64,000 nt of DNA, taken from positions 309,351 through 373,350 of the forward strand of contig NZ_SMFQ01000002.1 in the NCBI RefSeq assembly GCF_004339015.1, given 5' to 3'. Below the pieces are notes generated by a model. The model was not told where the DNA came from. It ran no database searches and worked only from the letters and a program-made list of their open reading frames with translations. This document shows, in pieces, positions 1 through 11,267 of this stretch. Position 1 is the stretch's first letter; each line of letters begins with the position of its first letter. The stretch is from Cocleimonas flava (GTDB taxonomy: Bacteria > Pseudomonadota > Gammaproteobacteria > Thiotrichales > Thiotrichaceae). The translations under genes and the position numbers were made by a program.

Positions 1-296
1 CCACAAGAGACGATAAATAGGCAGGTAATTAAAAAGAGAATGAGGTTTTTCTTATTGGATAAAGGCATAACTTTTCTAACTTTTCCGTTTTTATTAAAAT
101 TAATTATCAGAGCGAAACGAGCAACTCGAATAATCGATAGAGGTACTTAACAAGAATAAAATCGGGAAAAGAAAACCTTGTAGACAAAATAAATTAAATA
201 GAAAATGAGTGCAAGTTTTAGGAAGCTAATTACGGTGTTTTTGGGAGGTATTCGATGAGTGGTAGAGGGATTATATGGTTAAGTAATAATTGGAAA

Positions 297-326
297 GTCA
301 CCCCCCTACTTTAAGGTGCTTTTTTC
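297..326 (+). repeat. REP-like intergenic element, copy 1 ('gtcacccccctactttaaggtgctttttt')
   Basis: Shares the C6-7-TACTTT-G-rich-CACTTTTTT core that recurs about 18 times in the window, always intergenic. Confidence 0.7.
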
Positions 327-596
327 AGTAGGTTTTAAAGAATAAAAACCTAAGTTAGATCGTATTCATTCGCACACAAATGTCAGATGGTTTTCCTATA
401 CAACCTATCGTTGAGATTGTTTTAACGATATATATTTATACCGTACATCCGACAAATTCGTAGTTAGTTCATCTTTGCGCTAATGTCTTACGACTATTTT
501 AAGAAATCGTGCTGCATTTAAATATAAAAATTATAAATATGCACAACGAAAATATTAAAAAACCGATCCAGAAAAAATTTAATTTCCCTAAAAACA

Positions 597-1127
597 ATGA
601 AAAAGCAGTGGCTTAAAAAACTCAAAGTACTGTTGCTACTATCCTTTGCGATAACGGCACCTTTATCTTTGCATGCAGCAGAAGATTCTACAGAAATAGA
701 GTTGAGTTATACATACGTTGAGTATTTGAACTTTGTAGGTACCGCAGCTGGGGCTACACGCTATTTTGGTCATGATGAAGTTATGCCCTTATCCAATAAG
801 GGAAATCCTGCAAATAGAGTAGGCCAAACGGTTAATTTAGGAACGCTAGGCTTAAACTCAAACATAACGGGTGACTGTACTCTGGATTTTTCTACTCAAA
901 ATGATTTTCAGTTAGAACATACAACATCAGGAAAAGTACTAACATCTTATCGACTTGAATACAGAAATACTGAGATTACTAGCGGTAGTAACCTACAAAT
1001 GTTACTACCTTGTAGTTCTCCTGTTAGTAACATTGATTTCACCACAACGGGAAAATACCAAAATAGCAATAAACCCAAAGCTGGGGTCTATCAAGATATC
1101 GTCAATATCACGGTTACTTCTCAATAA
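597..1127 (+). CDS. Secreted hypothetical protein (N-terminal signal peptide; possibly pilin/SCPU-like)
   Basis: 176-aa ORF. Hydrophobic N-terminus 'LKVLLLLSFAITAPLSLHAA' ends at an AxA-like cleavage site. The mature part is T/S/N-rich. No catalytic motifs seen. Confidence 0.45.
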   Translation: MKKQWLKKLKVLLLLSFAITAPLSLHAAEDSTEIELSYTYVEYLNFVGTAAGATRYFGHDEVMPLSNKGNPANRVGQTVNLGTLGLNSNITGDCTLDFSTQNDFQLEHTTSGKVLTSYRLEYRNTEITSGSNLQMLLPCSSPVSNIDFTTTGKYQNSNKPKAGVYQDIVNITVTSQ

Positions 1128-1368
1128 AGAACACTATTTGAAATAGAGTTATTTATTAAACGGAAATAGCATTAAGAAGCTCCACCCTATTTAATATCCT
1201 TTTCTCTTGACCAAGCCAAAGCCAAAACCAAAACCAAGCACTCAGATTTTGTTTCAGATCAAGGCGCACCGTCTTGCAGGGAAGGAGCATATAATTATAT
1301 GTGACTGACTGACTGAGAAACGGAGCAACGCCGAGCTGGAGCAAAAGCTGAGTGCGAACTACGAAGCC

Positions 1369-3150
1369 CTAAATCCCGTTGTCTTGTAACCAGTATTCTA
1401 GCAACGCCATATGCCACAATTTATTGCCTTGTATACGCGTATGATGCTCATCCGGCGCAGCCAATAACTTCTCCACATAGGACCTTTGATAAATCCCACG
1501 ATCCTTACATTTCTGTGAGTTCAACACATCTTGCATGAATTCTAAAAACTCTCCGCGTACGTATTTAAGCGCGGGTACAGGGAAGTAACCTTTTTTACGA
1601 TCGATGACGCTATCCGGAATCATCCCGCGTGATATTTGCTGGAGCACGTGTTTGCCGCCGCTTTGAAGTTTCATGTGCGGTGGCATTTTCGCGGCAAGTT
1701 CAACCAGTTCGTGATCGAGGAATGGAACACGCGCTTCGAGTCCATGCGCCATGGTCATATTATCAACACGTTTGACCGGATCATCGACGATCAGCATGGT
1801 GGTGTCGGCTCTGAATACGGCATCGATAAAGGTGTCGGCATTCGGTGCTTCTAAAATGCTGGTCATGGTTTCAGCGGTGAAGTCTCTGTCGATAAAGTTT
1901 GGCGTGAGCATTTCTGCCATTTCATCGTGATCTCTATCGAAATAGAATTGGCGGAAGCGTTCTAAATGTGTGCCTTTCGCCTTGTTCATTTTGTCGTACC
2001 AGAAATAACCACCGAATACTTCGTCGGCGCCCTGTCCTGATTGCACTACTTTTACGTCTTTTGCGACTTGCTCTGATAGCAAGTAGAAACCAATCGCGTC
2101 CTGACCGAACATAGGCTCGGACATATTCGCAATTGCTTCGGGCAAACGGCTGAGTGTTTGTTCGTTTGGGATATGTATTTTGTGGTGATTGGTATTGAAA
2201 CGTTCTACGACAGCATCGGAGAATTCAAACTCACTGCCTTTTTCTTCTGGCTGATCGTCAAAACCGATACTGTATGTTGGAATATCTTTGATGCCGATTT
2301 CATCGAGCAGGCCAACCAGTAGACTTGAGTCTAAGCCGCCTGAAAGCAATACGCCTACGGGTACGTCGGACACGTCGTTACGGCGTCTTACTGCGACACG
2401 CAAGGATTCGTGAATCGCTTCGGTCCATTCTTCGTCAGTTTTTTCTTCTTTCGGGCGGGTTGCATCTAGTGTCCAGTAACGGTTGAGTTGTTGCTCGCCA
2501 TTTGCTTTGATCAATAAAGAATGTGCGGGCTCTAGTTTGCGAATGCCTTTGATGACGGTCATCGGTGCTGGCACAACCGCATGTAGAGTGAATTGGTGGT
2601 GCAATGCAACTGGGTCGATTGAAGTATCGATATCATTACCATCATTAGATGCAAGTAACGCCTGTGTGTTGGATGCGAAGCGAAAACCTTTGCCAGTGTT
2701 GGCGTAGTATAAAGGTTTGATGCCCATGCGATCACGCGCGAGAAATAAGGTTTTTTCCTTCAAGTCCCAGATGGCGATGGCGAACATACCAAGGAAATGT
2801 TTAACGCAATCAACACCCCATTCTGCATAGGCTTTTAAAATAACTTCGGTATCGCCGGTAGAGAAAAAGGTATGGCCTTTGGCGCCAAGCTCTTCGCGCA
2901 ATTCCGGGTGATTATAGATGGTACCGTTAAAGACTAATGCGAGGCTGAGCTGTGAGTCAATCATCGGCTGATTGCCTTTCTCGGACAAATCGAGAATAGA
3001 TAAACGTCTGTGACCAAACGCCAAAGCACCGTCGGAGAATGTACCCGCGTGATCTGGCCCACGCTTTTCTAACTTCTCCATCATCGATTGGATATGATCT
3101 AAATTTGGCAAAGAGCCATCTAATCGATATTCACCACAAATTCCGCACAT
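1369..3150 (-). CDS. asnB: Asparagine synthase (glutamine-hydrolysing), class II amidotransferase
   Basis: 593 aa. N-terminal 'MCGICG' provides the Cys2 nucleophile of Ntn glutamine amidotransferases. The PP-loop 'SGGLDSS' of the synthetase domain is present. Overall AsnB-like length. Confidence 0.9.
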   Translation of the reverse strand: MCGICGEYRLDGSLPNLDHIQSMMEKLEKRGPDHAGTFSDGALAFGHRRLSILDLSEKGNQPMIDSQLSLALVFNGTIYNHPELREELGAKGHTFFSTGDTEVILKAYAEWGVDCVKHFLGMFAIAIWDLKEKTLFLARDRMGIKPLYYANTGKGFRFASNTQALLASNDGNDIDTSIDPVALHHQFTLHAVVPAPMTVIKGIRKLEPAHSLLIKANGEQQLNRYWTLDATRPKEEKTDEEWTEAIHESLRVAVRRRNDVSDVPVGVLLSGGLDSSLLVGLLDEIGIKDIPTYSIGFDDQPEEKGSEFEFSDAVVERFNTNHHKIHIPNEQTLSRLPEAIANMSEPMFGQDAIGFYLLSEQVAKDVKVVQSGQGADEVFGGYFWYDKMNKAKGTHLERFRQFYFDRDHDEMAEMLTPNFIDRDFTAETMTSILEAPNADTFIDAVFRADTTMLIVDDPVKRVDNMTMAHGLEARVPFLDHELVELAAKMPPHMKLQSGGKHVLQQISRGMIPDSVIDRKKGYFPVPALKYVRGEFLEFMQDVLNSQKCKDRGIYQRSYVEKLLAAPDEHHTRIQGNKLWHMALLEYWLQDNGI

Positions 3151-3256
3151 ATTTCTCTATTCCTGATTATTTAGGTATACGAATACGCATTATAGGTAAG
3201 ATTGGATATTTAGAAAGCCCTGAATAATCAAGATAGATTCTGTTGTTGATTTTTAT

Positions 3257-3286
3257 CCACCCCCCTACTTACGGGCACTTTTTTTA
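3257..3286 (+). repeat. REP-like element, copy 2 ('ccacccccctacttacgggcacttttttt')
   Basis: Same core as the other copies. Intergenic between asnB and sodB. Confidence 0.7.
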
Positions 3287-3565
3287 GTCGCTATTATTAC
3301 GATCCATCAGTAACAAGCCATTGCGGGCACTAGCGCTCTTTGTATAGATATTTTTTAAGATTTAGTTAACATTAATAATACTAAGAGCTATTGCTTTTCA
3401 GGGGTGATTTACATAGTCTTACGCTGTTATAAGAAACCCCTGATCAAGTCCGCTAATTTACTTATTACACATAAGTTAAGTTGTAATCGACTTAAGGCAG
3501 GGCTTTCCTAAAAAAACGCGCTAGTTTTAACACAATCAATCTGATTACAATCAAAGGAATCTATC

Positions 3566-4144
3566 ATGACACATGAATTACCAGATTTACCATACGAAAA
3601 GAATGCTCTTGAGCCATACATTTCTGCTGAGACTTTAGACTATCATCACGATAAGCATCACCAGGCTTATGTGACTAACCTAAACAATTTGATTGAAGGC
3701 ACTGAGTTTGCTGATAAGTCATTAGAAGAGATCGTTACTTCTGCACCTGCTGGCGGCGTTTTTAACAATGCTGCTCAAGTTTGGAACCACACGTTCTACT
3801 TTAACTGCATGGGTCCTAATGCTGGTGGCGAGCCTACTGGTGCGGTTGCAGATGCAATCAACGCTGCATTCGGTTCTTTCGCAGACTTCAAAGAGAAGTT
3901 CTCTGCATCTGCTGTTGGTAACTTCGGTTCTGGCTGGACCTGGTTAGTAAAGAATGCTGACGGTTCTGTTGAAATCGTTAACACGACTGCTGCTGGCTGC
4001 CCACTAACTGATGGCAAGACACCTGTACTAACTATCGACGTTTGGGAACATGCTTACTACGTTGATAAGCGTAATGCACGTCCTGCTTATGTTGCTGATT
4101 TCTGGAACCTGGTTAACTGGGATTTCGTTAATAGCAATATGTAA
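3566..4144 (+). CDS. sodB: Fe-superoxide dismutase
   Basis: 192 aa. Near-collinear with E. coli SodB ('[39 protein letters not shown]', '[16 protein letters not shown]'). Confidence 0.95.
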   Translation: [192 protein letters not shown]

Positions 4145-4208
4145 GACAACTGTCATAAACCTATAACAAGCCATATCAGGCTTGATATATTGACAAAAAA
4201 GCGAAAAG

Positions 4209-4229
4209 CGAGCAATATTGCTCGTTTTT
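4209..4229 (+). terminator. Rho-independent terminator 1 after sodB (perfect palindrome 'cgagcaatattgctcg' followed by a T5 run)
   Basis: 16-nt perfect palindrome followed by ttttt, 65 nt after the sodB stop. Confidence 0.6.
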
Positions 4230-4233
4230 CTGC

Positions 4234-4262
4234 AAAAGGGCAGCTTTAAGCTGCCCTTTTTC
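4234..4262 (+). terminator. Rho-independent terminator 2 after sodB ('gggcagc-tttaa-gctgccc' followed by a T5 run)
   Basis: GC-rich 7-bp stem with a 5-nt loop and a T-run. In tandem with the first hairpin. Confidence 0.7.
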
Positions 4263-4331
4263 ATTCCCTTTGTAGCGCGCTTTAATAGAAATATTGAGTG
4301 CGTTTTTGGGTAGTAATATAGGAATATTATT

Positions 4332-5501
4332 GTGTCAGATTCATTAATGTCTACTTACGCACGTCTTCCGGTTTCTTTTGAGAAAGGCGAAGGTGTGTAT
4401 CTTTATGATACAGAAGGTAATAAATACCTAGATGCGCTTGCGGGTATCGCAGTGTGCAGTCTTGGGCATGCGCATCCACGCGTTGCGGAAGCTATTGCTG
4501 ATCAGGCACGAACCCTTATTCATACATCCAATGTTTATAATATTCCTCATCAGACTGAGCTAGGGGATAAGCTTTGCGGCTTATCTGGTATGAGTCGCGT
4601 GTTCTTTGGTAACTCAGGCGCTGAAGCGAATGAAGCGGCGATCAAAATCGCACGTCTATTTGGTAAAAAACAAGGCATCGACCGCCCTAAGATTATTGTC
4701 GCTAGCGGTAGTTTTCATGGCCGTACTTTAGCAACCCTTTCTGCAACTGGCAGCCGCAAGGTTCAAGCAGGCTTTTCACCATTGGTTGAAGGCTTTGTTC
4801 GCGTTGATTACAACGATCTCGAAGCGATTGAAAAAATTGCTGAGAACAGTTCCGAAGTTGCTGCAATTTTAGTTGAGCCTGTTCAGGGTGAAGGCGGAAT
4901 TATAGTTCCTGACGAAGGTTACCTAAGCAGTATCAGAAAAATCTGTGATGACAATAACTGGTTGATGATGCTCGATGAGATTCAAACAGGCATGGGCAGA
5001 ACAGGCAAGATGTTCGCTTTCCAACACGAAGGCATAACCCCTGATGTGATGACGTTAGCCAAAGCACTTGGTAATGGCGTTCCTATTGGTGCGTGTTTAG
5101 CAGCGGGCAAAGCTGAAGAAATCTTCACACCCGGAACGCATGGTTCTACCTTTGGTGGCAATCCATTAGTAACGCGTACTGCCTTAGAAGTACTCAGCAT
5201 TATGGAAGAGCAGGATATCCCTGCTAAAGCCGCAGAAATGGGTAGCTATATGCTGACTCAATTCAAACAAGCATTAGCCGATGTGGATGGCGTTATTGAA
5301 ATACGTGGCCACGGCTTGATGATCGGAATCAACCTCAATACTGATTGTGGTGAGCTGGTTTCGCAAGCCCTTGAAAAGAAACTCTTGATCAATGTCACTG
5401 CGGGTAAAACGGTTCGATTGTTACCACCATTGATCATTACTAAAGAGCAAGCAGACGAGGTAATTTCAACACTCGTTGCTCTGATCAAAGATTTTCTTTA
5501 G
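4332..5501 (+). CDS. argD: Acetylornithine/succinylornithine aminotransferase (class III PLP aminotransferase)
   Basis: 389 aa. ArgD-like overall. Contains 'DEIQTGMGRTGKMFA' (PLP-lysine region) and 'GNSGAEANEAAIKIAR'. Located next to argF. Confidence 0.85.
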   Translation: MSDSLMSTYARLPVSFEKGEGVYLYDTEGNKYLDALAGIAVCSLGHAHPRVAEAIADQARTLIHTSNVYNIPHQTELGDKLCGLSGMSRVFFGNSGAEANEAAIKIARLFGKKQGIDRPKIIVASGSFHGRTLATLSATGSRKVQAGFSPLVEGFVRVDYNDLEAIEKIAENSSEVAAILVEPVQGEGGIIVPDEGYLSSIRKICDDNNWLMMLDEIQTGMGRTGKMFAFQHEGITPDVMTLAKALGNGVPIGACLAAGKAEEIFTPGTHGSTFGGNPLVTRTALEVLSIMEEQDIPAKAAEMGSYMLTQFKQALADVDGVIEIRGHGLMIGINLNTDCGELVSQALEKKLLINVTAGKTVRLLPPLIITKEQADEVISTLVALIKDFL

Positions 5502-5572
5502 ACGCTTTCACATATAGCCCTATATAACGCCACAGCAAATGCTCTGGCGTTCCCAATTAAAAGGTATTTACT

Positions 5573-6505
5573 ATGTCTAAACCGAGACATTTTCTTACAT
5601 TAATGGATTTTAGCCAGGAAGAGCTTCAGCAGTTAATCGCTAGAGCCTTAGAGCTAAAAAACATGCAAAAGAATGGCGAAATCTACGAGCCATTAAAAAA
5701 CATGACACTGGCGATGATTTTTGAAAAGTCATCGACACGTACACGTGTTTCATTTGAAACAGGCATGGTCCAGTTAGGCGGTCATGGCATGTTTTTATCA
5801 TCACGCGATACGCAGTTAGGCCGTGGTGAGCCAATCGAAGATAGCGCACGCGTTATTTCGAGCATGGTAGATATCGTTATGATCCGTACCTTTGGACACG
5901 ATATAGTTGAAAACTTTGCGAAGTATTCTAGCGTACCCGTCATCAATGCATTGACTGATGATTTCCACCCTTGTCAGTTATTAGCTGACATGATGACGTA
6001 TGTTGAACATCGTGGTTCTATCAAAGGGAAAACAGCAACGTATGTGGGGGATGGCAACAATATGTGTCACTCATGGATGAATGCTGCGAAACAGTTCGGC
6101 TTTCATCTAAATATTGCCAGCCCTAAAGGCTATGAGCCAAATGCTGAGCTTTTGGCGAAACTTTCTGATCATGTAACTTTGTTTAATGATATTGATAAGG
6201 CTGTGGCGAATAGCGACCTGATCACAACGGACGTTTGGGCCAGCATGGGACAGGAAGAAGAGCAAAAAATTCGCGAGAAATCTTTCAAGTCTTTCATGGT
6301 GAATTCTGCCGTTATGGCGAAAGCCAACGACGATGCGATATTTATGCATTGTTTGCCTGCACATCGTGAAGAAGAAGTCAGCACAAACGTCATCGATGGC
6401 CCGCAAAGTGTGGTTTGGGATGAGGCAGAAAATCGTCTTCATGCTCAAAAAGCCTTACTTGAAGCGTTAGTCATTGGTTTACCAAACTCAAAAGACCCGT
6501 CTTAA
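5573..6505 (+). CDS. argF: Ornithine carbamoyltransferase
   Basis: 310 aa. Carbamoyl-phosphate motif 'STRTR', ornithine-site 'HPCQ' and 'HCLPA'. Confidence 0.9.
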   Translation: MSKPRHFLTLMDFSQEELQQLIARALELKNMQKNGEIYEPLKNMTLAMIFEKSSTRTRVSFETGMVQLGGHGMFLSSRDTQLGRGEPIEDSARVISSMVDIVMIRTFGHDIVENFAKYSSVPVINALTDDFHPCQLLADMMTYVEHRGSIKGKTATYVGDGNNMCHSWMNAAKQFGFHLNIASPKGYEPNAELLAKLSDHVTLFNDIDKAVANSDLITTDVWASMGQEEEQKIREKSFKSFMVNSAVMAKANDDAIFMHCLPAHREEEVSTNVIDGPQSVVWDEAENRLHAQKALLEALVIGLPNSKDPS

Positions 6506-8121
6506 TGTCTAAACACACAGAAGAAGTTTCTTTACGCCGCACCTTTGCGATTATTTCGCATCCGGATGCGGGTAAAACAACCATCACCGAAAAACTGTTG
6601 TTATTCGGGGGTGCGATTCAGCTTGCGGGATCGGTAAAAGGCAGAAAAGCTGCACGCCATGCGACATCTGACTGGATGGCGATGGAAAAGGAACGTGGAA
6701 TCTCGGTGACTTCATCGGTGATGCAGTTTCCTTACAAATTGAACAAGAAACACCCTTCTGATCCTGATCCAATTATCAATCTATTGGATACACCGGGTCA
6801 TGAGGACTTCTCGGAAGATACTTATCGTACCTTGACTGCTGTTGACTCTGCGTTAATGGTAATCGACGTCGCCAAAGGTGTTGAGGATAGAACCATTAAG
6901 TTGATGGAAGTGTGTCGTTTGCGTGATACACCGATAATGACCTTCATCAACAAGCTTGACCGTGAAGGTCGTGACCCGATTGATTTACTCGATGAAGTCG
7001 AAAGCGTTCTTAAAATTAAATGCGCGCCTGTTACCTGGCCGATTGGCATGGGTAAACGCTTAAAGGGTGTTTACCATATCCATAATGATGCGGTGCATTT
7101 ATACGACCCGAATCATGACGGTAAAATCCTGGAAGGCGAAACCATTCAGGGGATAGATAATCCACGCCTCGATGAGCTATTAGGCACACAAGCCGAAGAG
7201 CTTCGTGATGAGATTGAATTGGTTCAAGGTGCAAGTAACGCGTTTGATAAAGAGGCTTACCTTGCAGGTAAACTCACTCCTGTATTCTTTGGCTCGGCAG
7301 TAAACAACTTTGGTGTGGCTGAACTTTTGGCTGACTTTGTTGAGTATGCTCCGGCGCCGCAACCGCGCGCGACCAATACCCGTGATGTATCGCCAAATGA
7401 AGAGAAATTCAGTGGCTTCATTTTTAAAATTCAGGCAAATATGGACCCACAACATCGTGACCGTATCGCCTTTATGCGTATTTGTTCGGGTAGCTTCAAG
7501 AAAGGCATGAAACTCAATCATGTTCGTATCAAGAAAGATGTGAAGATACCTGATGCATTGACGTTTCTGGCGGCTGATCGCGGCCATGTTGATGCGGCAT
7601 ACCCTGGTGATATCATCGGTATTCACAATCACGGTACGATTCGTATTGGTGATACTTTCTCGGAAGGCGAAGAGTTGTTTTTCACAGGCATTCCAAGCTT
7701 TGCACCGGAACTGTTCCGTCGTGCTCAGCTGAAAGATCCTCTGAAGATGAAGCAGCTACAAAAAGGCCTGGATCAGTTATGTGAAGAAGGCGCGACACAA
7801 TTATTTCGCCCATTCAAAAACAATGATCTTATTCTTGGCGCGGTTGGTGTGCTGCAGTTTGATGTGGTTGCCCAACGACTCAAAGATGAATACAAGGTCG
7901 ATTGTCAATTTGAAGGGGTTAGCGTTCAAACAGCACGCTGGATTCATTGTGAAGATGAGGCGATGTTGAACCAGTTTAAGATCAAAGCAGAATCTAATCT
8001 ATCTTTGGATCATTCTGGTGAATTGGTTTATATCGCACCTACGCGAGTGAATTTACAAATGGCGATTGAGAAGTGGCCTGAAATTGAATTCTTATCTACC
8101 CGCGAACACGGTACGTATTAA
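6505..8121 (+). CDS. prfC: Peptide chain release factor 3 (translational GTPase)
   Basis: 538 aa. '[29 protein letters not shown]' G1 motif and 'DTPGHEDF' G3 motif. The start overlaps the argF stop (TAATG). Confidence 0.95.
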   Translation: MSKHTEEVSLRRTFAIISHPDAGKTTITEKLLLFGGAIQLAGSVKGRKAARHATSDWMAMEKERGISVTSSVMQFPYKLNKKHPSDPDPIINLLDTPGHEDFSEDTYRTLTAVDSALMVIDVAKGVEDRTIKLMEVCRLRDTPIMTFINKLDREGRDPIDLLDEVESVLKIKCAPVTWPIGMGKRLKGVYHIHNDAVHLYDPNHDGKILEGETIQGIDNPRLDELLGTQAEELRDEIELVQGASNAFDKEAYLAGKLTPVFFGSAVNNFGVAELLADFVEYAPAPQPRATNTRDVSPNEEKFSGFIFKIQANMDPQHRDRIAFMRICSGSFKKGMKLNHVRIKKDVKIPDALTFLAADRGHVDAAYPGDIIGIHNHGTIRIGDTFSEGEELFFTGIPSFAPELFRRAQLKDPLKMKQLQKGLDQLCEEGATQLFRPFKNNDLILGAVGVLQFDVVAQRLKDEYKVDCQFEGVSVQTARWIHCEDEAMLNQFKIKAESNLSLDHSGELVYIAPTRVNLQMAIEKWPEIEFLSTREHGTY

Positions 8122-8150
8122 CTAAAACTGAGACTCATAAAAAACTCGCT

Positions 8151-8204
8151 GTAAGTAGGGGGGTGGCTTTAAGAAAGCCTATAAAACACACACCCCCCTG
8201 CTAA
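8151..8204. repeat. Inverted pair of REP-like elements ('gtaagtaggggggtggcttt' ... 'cacacccccctgctaa') between the convergent prfC and protease genes
   Basis: Two copies of the REP core in opposite orientation 20 nt apart. They can form a long hairpin and probably act as a bidirectional terminator. Confidence 0.7.
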
Positions 8205-8225
8205 TAACGAGTGATAACAGGTTTT

Positions 8226-11027
8226 TTATAACTTAAATCGACGTAATCTTACCAGCGCCAATAACGGAATCAGCAAGAACCCAAAACTACCACCACCGCT
8301 TGAACTTGACCCTGTCGCACTACTTGCATCTGTACTAGTCGCGTCATCATCATGAGCTTCCACCGCTTCTACAATAATGGTTCTACTTTCTACTACCGTA
8401 TTGCCTGCTGTATCTACTGCAGTATAAGTAATCACATATTCACCCGCTTTCGATGTATCAACAGCACCAATGCCAGTCACTGTTACTGTCACCGTTCCAT
8501 CAAGATTATCTATTGCTGACGCACCTGCATCTTCATAAATAGAACCTAGCTCGAGAATAACGGTACTTGATCCATTAAGCGTAATAACAGGAGCAGTGGT
8601 ATCTGTGCTTCCCACTACTGGATCAGGAGTCTCCTCTGTTGTATCTGGTGTCGTTGTGTCAGGAGTAGAGGTATCAGGAGATGTTGTTTCGTCAGAACCA
8701 GCATCACCAGAAGAAGAAACCGCCGTGACATTCACTACACGTGTTTTGGACGTTGAATTTCCAGAGCTATCTTCTGCGTTATAGGTAATTGTATAGCTTC
8801 CCAAAACTGCTGTATTGACAGTGCCCGAAGTGGACACCGTCACAGCGCCATCGATATCATCGATAGCAGTTGCGCCTTCGTCAGCATAAACAGACCCCTG
8901 AGGAATACTGACGGGGCTAACACCATTCAAAGTAATTGCTGGCGGGGTCAAATCCCCTGCTCCACCAACACCTTTCTGAATTTCGATATTACCTTTTGAT
9001 ATATTAAAAAATGAATCATCACTACAAGATACCATTATTCTTGCACCTGACATCTCAGGTGTAGCTGCCGGAATGATTAACGCCTGGTTGCCATCGTTAT
9101 CGGTATCAGACAATAATAAATTCTTCACTCCATTGGAACGAATCAGTTGAATATCAACCGTTGCGCAATTGACTGGCGCGACATTGGTACTCGCTGTGTT
9201 CCATAATACTTCTATGCTCTCTCCCGTTGAAAAAGTTTCAGCAGATGACTGTGACACCACGGAGAAAGTACTGCGGGTATCCGTTACATTGATTTTCTTA
9301 TCATCCGTACCAATTCCGCCACTACCGTCGCGAACCACGTAGGTGAAATTTAACTCACGCGTTGTTTGCGGTAATTTTTCACCTAGAGTACTTGTGCCCG
9401 CAAATAAGTCGCTCAGGCTTGGGATATAACGATCTTCTTCCGAGCTTGGAAGATAACTACGAATTATCGCATTATTACCCATATCAACATCGACTGCAGA
9501 TGCGCTACCGGTGTCTGTTTGATCCCATGTATAACTTGAACCGCCCGTTGACGAGCCATCCAAGAAGAATGGTGTGTTAGCCGGAATATTAAGATCATTT
9601 CCTGCATTGGCTGATGGATTTGTATTACCTGTAGATGTATTTGAGCCACAACTACTACCTAAATCACTTCGGGTGTAATCATTGATTTGAGTGATACTGG
9701 CAAAATGGAAGTAAGCTTCTGAATTGTATTGCAGGTCATCAGATCCACATAAACCACTGTAAGACATTACGGTGCTTCCACTTCCCGGCTCAACTGCTGT
9801 TTCCGCGGTTCTATTTCCACCACCACAGCCATTTTGTGTACTGTTAAACGTATGACTAGCACCTAATTGATGACCAACCTCATGCGCAACATATTCGACA
9901 CTAAAGATTTCACCTTGTGGGTTAATGGTACCTGTCGCGCCTCCGGCTTTTATGCCAGAAGTTAATCCACTGGAGGTATTTGCCGTATCAATACAGGCTA
10001 CTCCAATATAAGCAAGGCCGCCTAATGACCCTTGCGCGAAAACATGTCCTAAATCGAAATTAGAAAGCCCCAGGGTCGAGGACATATTTGCCATATTCTC
10101 ATCCACGAGTGAGGCTGCATTATCATTTGTATAAGGATCTGTAGCTGCATTGGTGTAGAGCATCTCCTCACCACTGACCAACTGTAAACGGATACCCAAA
10201 TCACTCTGATAAATTTGATTTACGCGATTAACCGTTGTCACCATAGAATCATACGCTAATGCCGTAGTTCCACCCTGACTTGCGGTGTATTCTGCTGTGC
10301 CTGCCACTGCAAAACGATAGGTTTTAAGATCTAAAGCTGGCGAACTGGCTAATACTTTCTGCGACAGTTTTTGTGCAGATTCTGATATTTTTGCGAATGA
10401 ATTTACAGGGTGATGGTCATGAATCTGACAGTTAAATTCAGTATGAAAAAGACTCGCGTTTTCACGCTTGCTCAGCGTGTTATATACATTGCCAGAACTT
10501 TCTGTATCAGGATCGATGTAAACCGTATCTCCATCTCCCATGACTAACATGCCATGAAAGCCTTTACTGGTGAAATCTATTCGACCTGTAATCGAAGAGT
10601 CATCGACACCTACGACACGCCAGGTTTTTATGTCTGGGTATTTTTCAGAAAGCTCATCGGATAAAATCGAAGATTCAAAAGCATTTACCTTTACAAAACT
10701 TCCATCTGGCAATGGTAGGTCTATCTCGACAGAGGTTTCGCTAGCACTACCTTCAACTGGCTTGAGTGATAAAAACGTTTGAGAATTTAGTTTATTTTGT
10801 AACTGAACTTCATCGAGTAACAACGATTGTTTTTTTACCCAATTGTTTGATGAAATCTTATTCGCGAGTTCTTTTGTACTGGTTACATTATTGCCACTAT
10901 TAGAGCTAGATAAAGACTGATTTTGAGATTCTGTAGCTGAATATGGTTGCCAAATGGAAGAGTATTGAGATTGTGCAAAAGCACCTGCAGTCGTTAATAC
11001 ACCTAGGGCAAAAATGATTTTTTTCAT
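8226..11027 (-). CDS. Secreted metzincin-type zinc metalloprotease (reprolysin-like) with two C-terminal Ig-like (DUF5011-like) repeats and a GlyGly-CTERM sorting tail
   Basis: 933 aa. Has a signal peptide. The zinc-binding motif reads 'VAHEVGHQLGASHTFN' (HExxHxxGxxH). It has two roughly 75-aa repeats ('PPAITLNGVSPVSIPQGSVYADEGATAIDDIDG...TYTITYNAEDSSGN' and 'APVITLNGSSTVILELGSIYEDAGASAIDNLDG...YVITYTAVDTAGN'). The C-terminus 'SSSSGGGSFGFLLIPLLALVRLRRFKL' is GG-hydrophobic-basic, matching a GlyGly-CTERM. Confidence 0.85.
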   Translation of the reverse strand: MKKIIFALGVLTTAGAFAQSQYSSIWQPYSATESQNQSLSSSNSGNNVTSTKELANKISSNNWVKKQSLLLDEVQLQNKLNSQTFLSLKPVEGSASETSVEIDLPLPDGSFVKVNAFESSILSDELSEKYPDIKTWRVVGVDDSSITGRIDFTSKGFHGMLVMGDGDTVYIDPDTESSGNVYNTLSKRENASLFHTEFNCQIHDHHPVNSFAKISESAQKLSQKVLASSPALDLKTYRFAVAGTAEYTASQGGTTALAYDSMVTTVNRVNQIYQSDLGIRLQLVSGEEMLYTNAATDPYTNDNAASLVDENMANMSSTLGLSNFDLGHVFAQGSLGGLAYIGVACIDTANTSSGLTSGIKAGGATGTINPQGEIFSVEYVAHEVGHQLGASHTFNSTQNGCGGGNRTAETAVEPGSGSTVMSYSGLCGSDDLQYNSEAYFHFASITQINDYTRSDLGSSCGSNTSTGNTNPSANAGNDLNIPANTPFFLDGSSTGGSSYTWDQTDTGSASAVDVDMGNNAIIRSYLPSSEEDRYIPSLSDLFAGTSTLGEKLPQTTRELNFTYVVRDGSGGIGTDDKKINVTDTRSTFSVVSQSSAETFSTGESIEVLWNTASTNVAPVNCATVDIQLIRSNGVKNLLLSDTDNDGNQALIIPAATPEMSGARIMVSCSDDSFFNISKGNIEIQKGVGGAGDLTPPAITLNGVSPVSIPQGSVYADEGATAIDDIDGAVTVSTSGTVNTAVLGSYTITYNAEDSSGNSTSKTRVVNVTAVSSSGDAGSDETTSPDTSTPDTTTPDTTEETPDPVVGSTDTTAPVITLNGSSTVILELGSIYEDAGASAIDNLDGTVTVTVTGIGAVDTSKAGEYVITYTAVDTAGNTVVESRTIIVEAVEAHDDDATSTDASSATGSSSSGGGSFGFLLIPLLALVRLRRFKL

Positions 11028-11267
11028 GTGATTATTTTTATAGTTTATTTGCCCTCATTTTAAAAATCACATCCGTATTTTCTACGTTTTAATCAATCAA
11101 AAGATGCGCGTAATAACGAGAACTTAATTATCAAAGGGAGTTTGATTATCACACGAGAAAGCTGAACCGCAGCTAAATGAAGCACGCAGTTCATCTGAAT
11201 TAGCGGTTTTAACTGAACGAAAAGTACACAAAATTGGAGACCATTAAACGATCCCCCTAAAGAAGAA

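Noticed and set aside
1156-1344. 62-aa ORF on the minus strand
   Set aside because: It overlaps the microsatellite-like tracts and the convergent intergenic region. Its W/F-rich repeat translation comes from the CCAAA repeats.
7180-7632. 150-aa antisense ORF within prfC
   Set aside because: It is fully contained in the strongly supported prfC coding region on the other strand.
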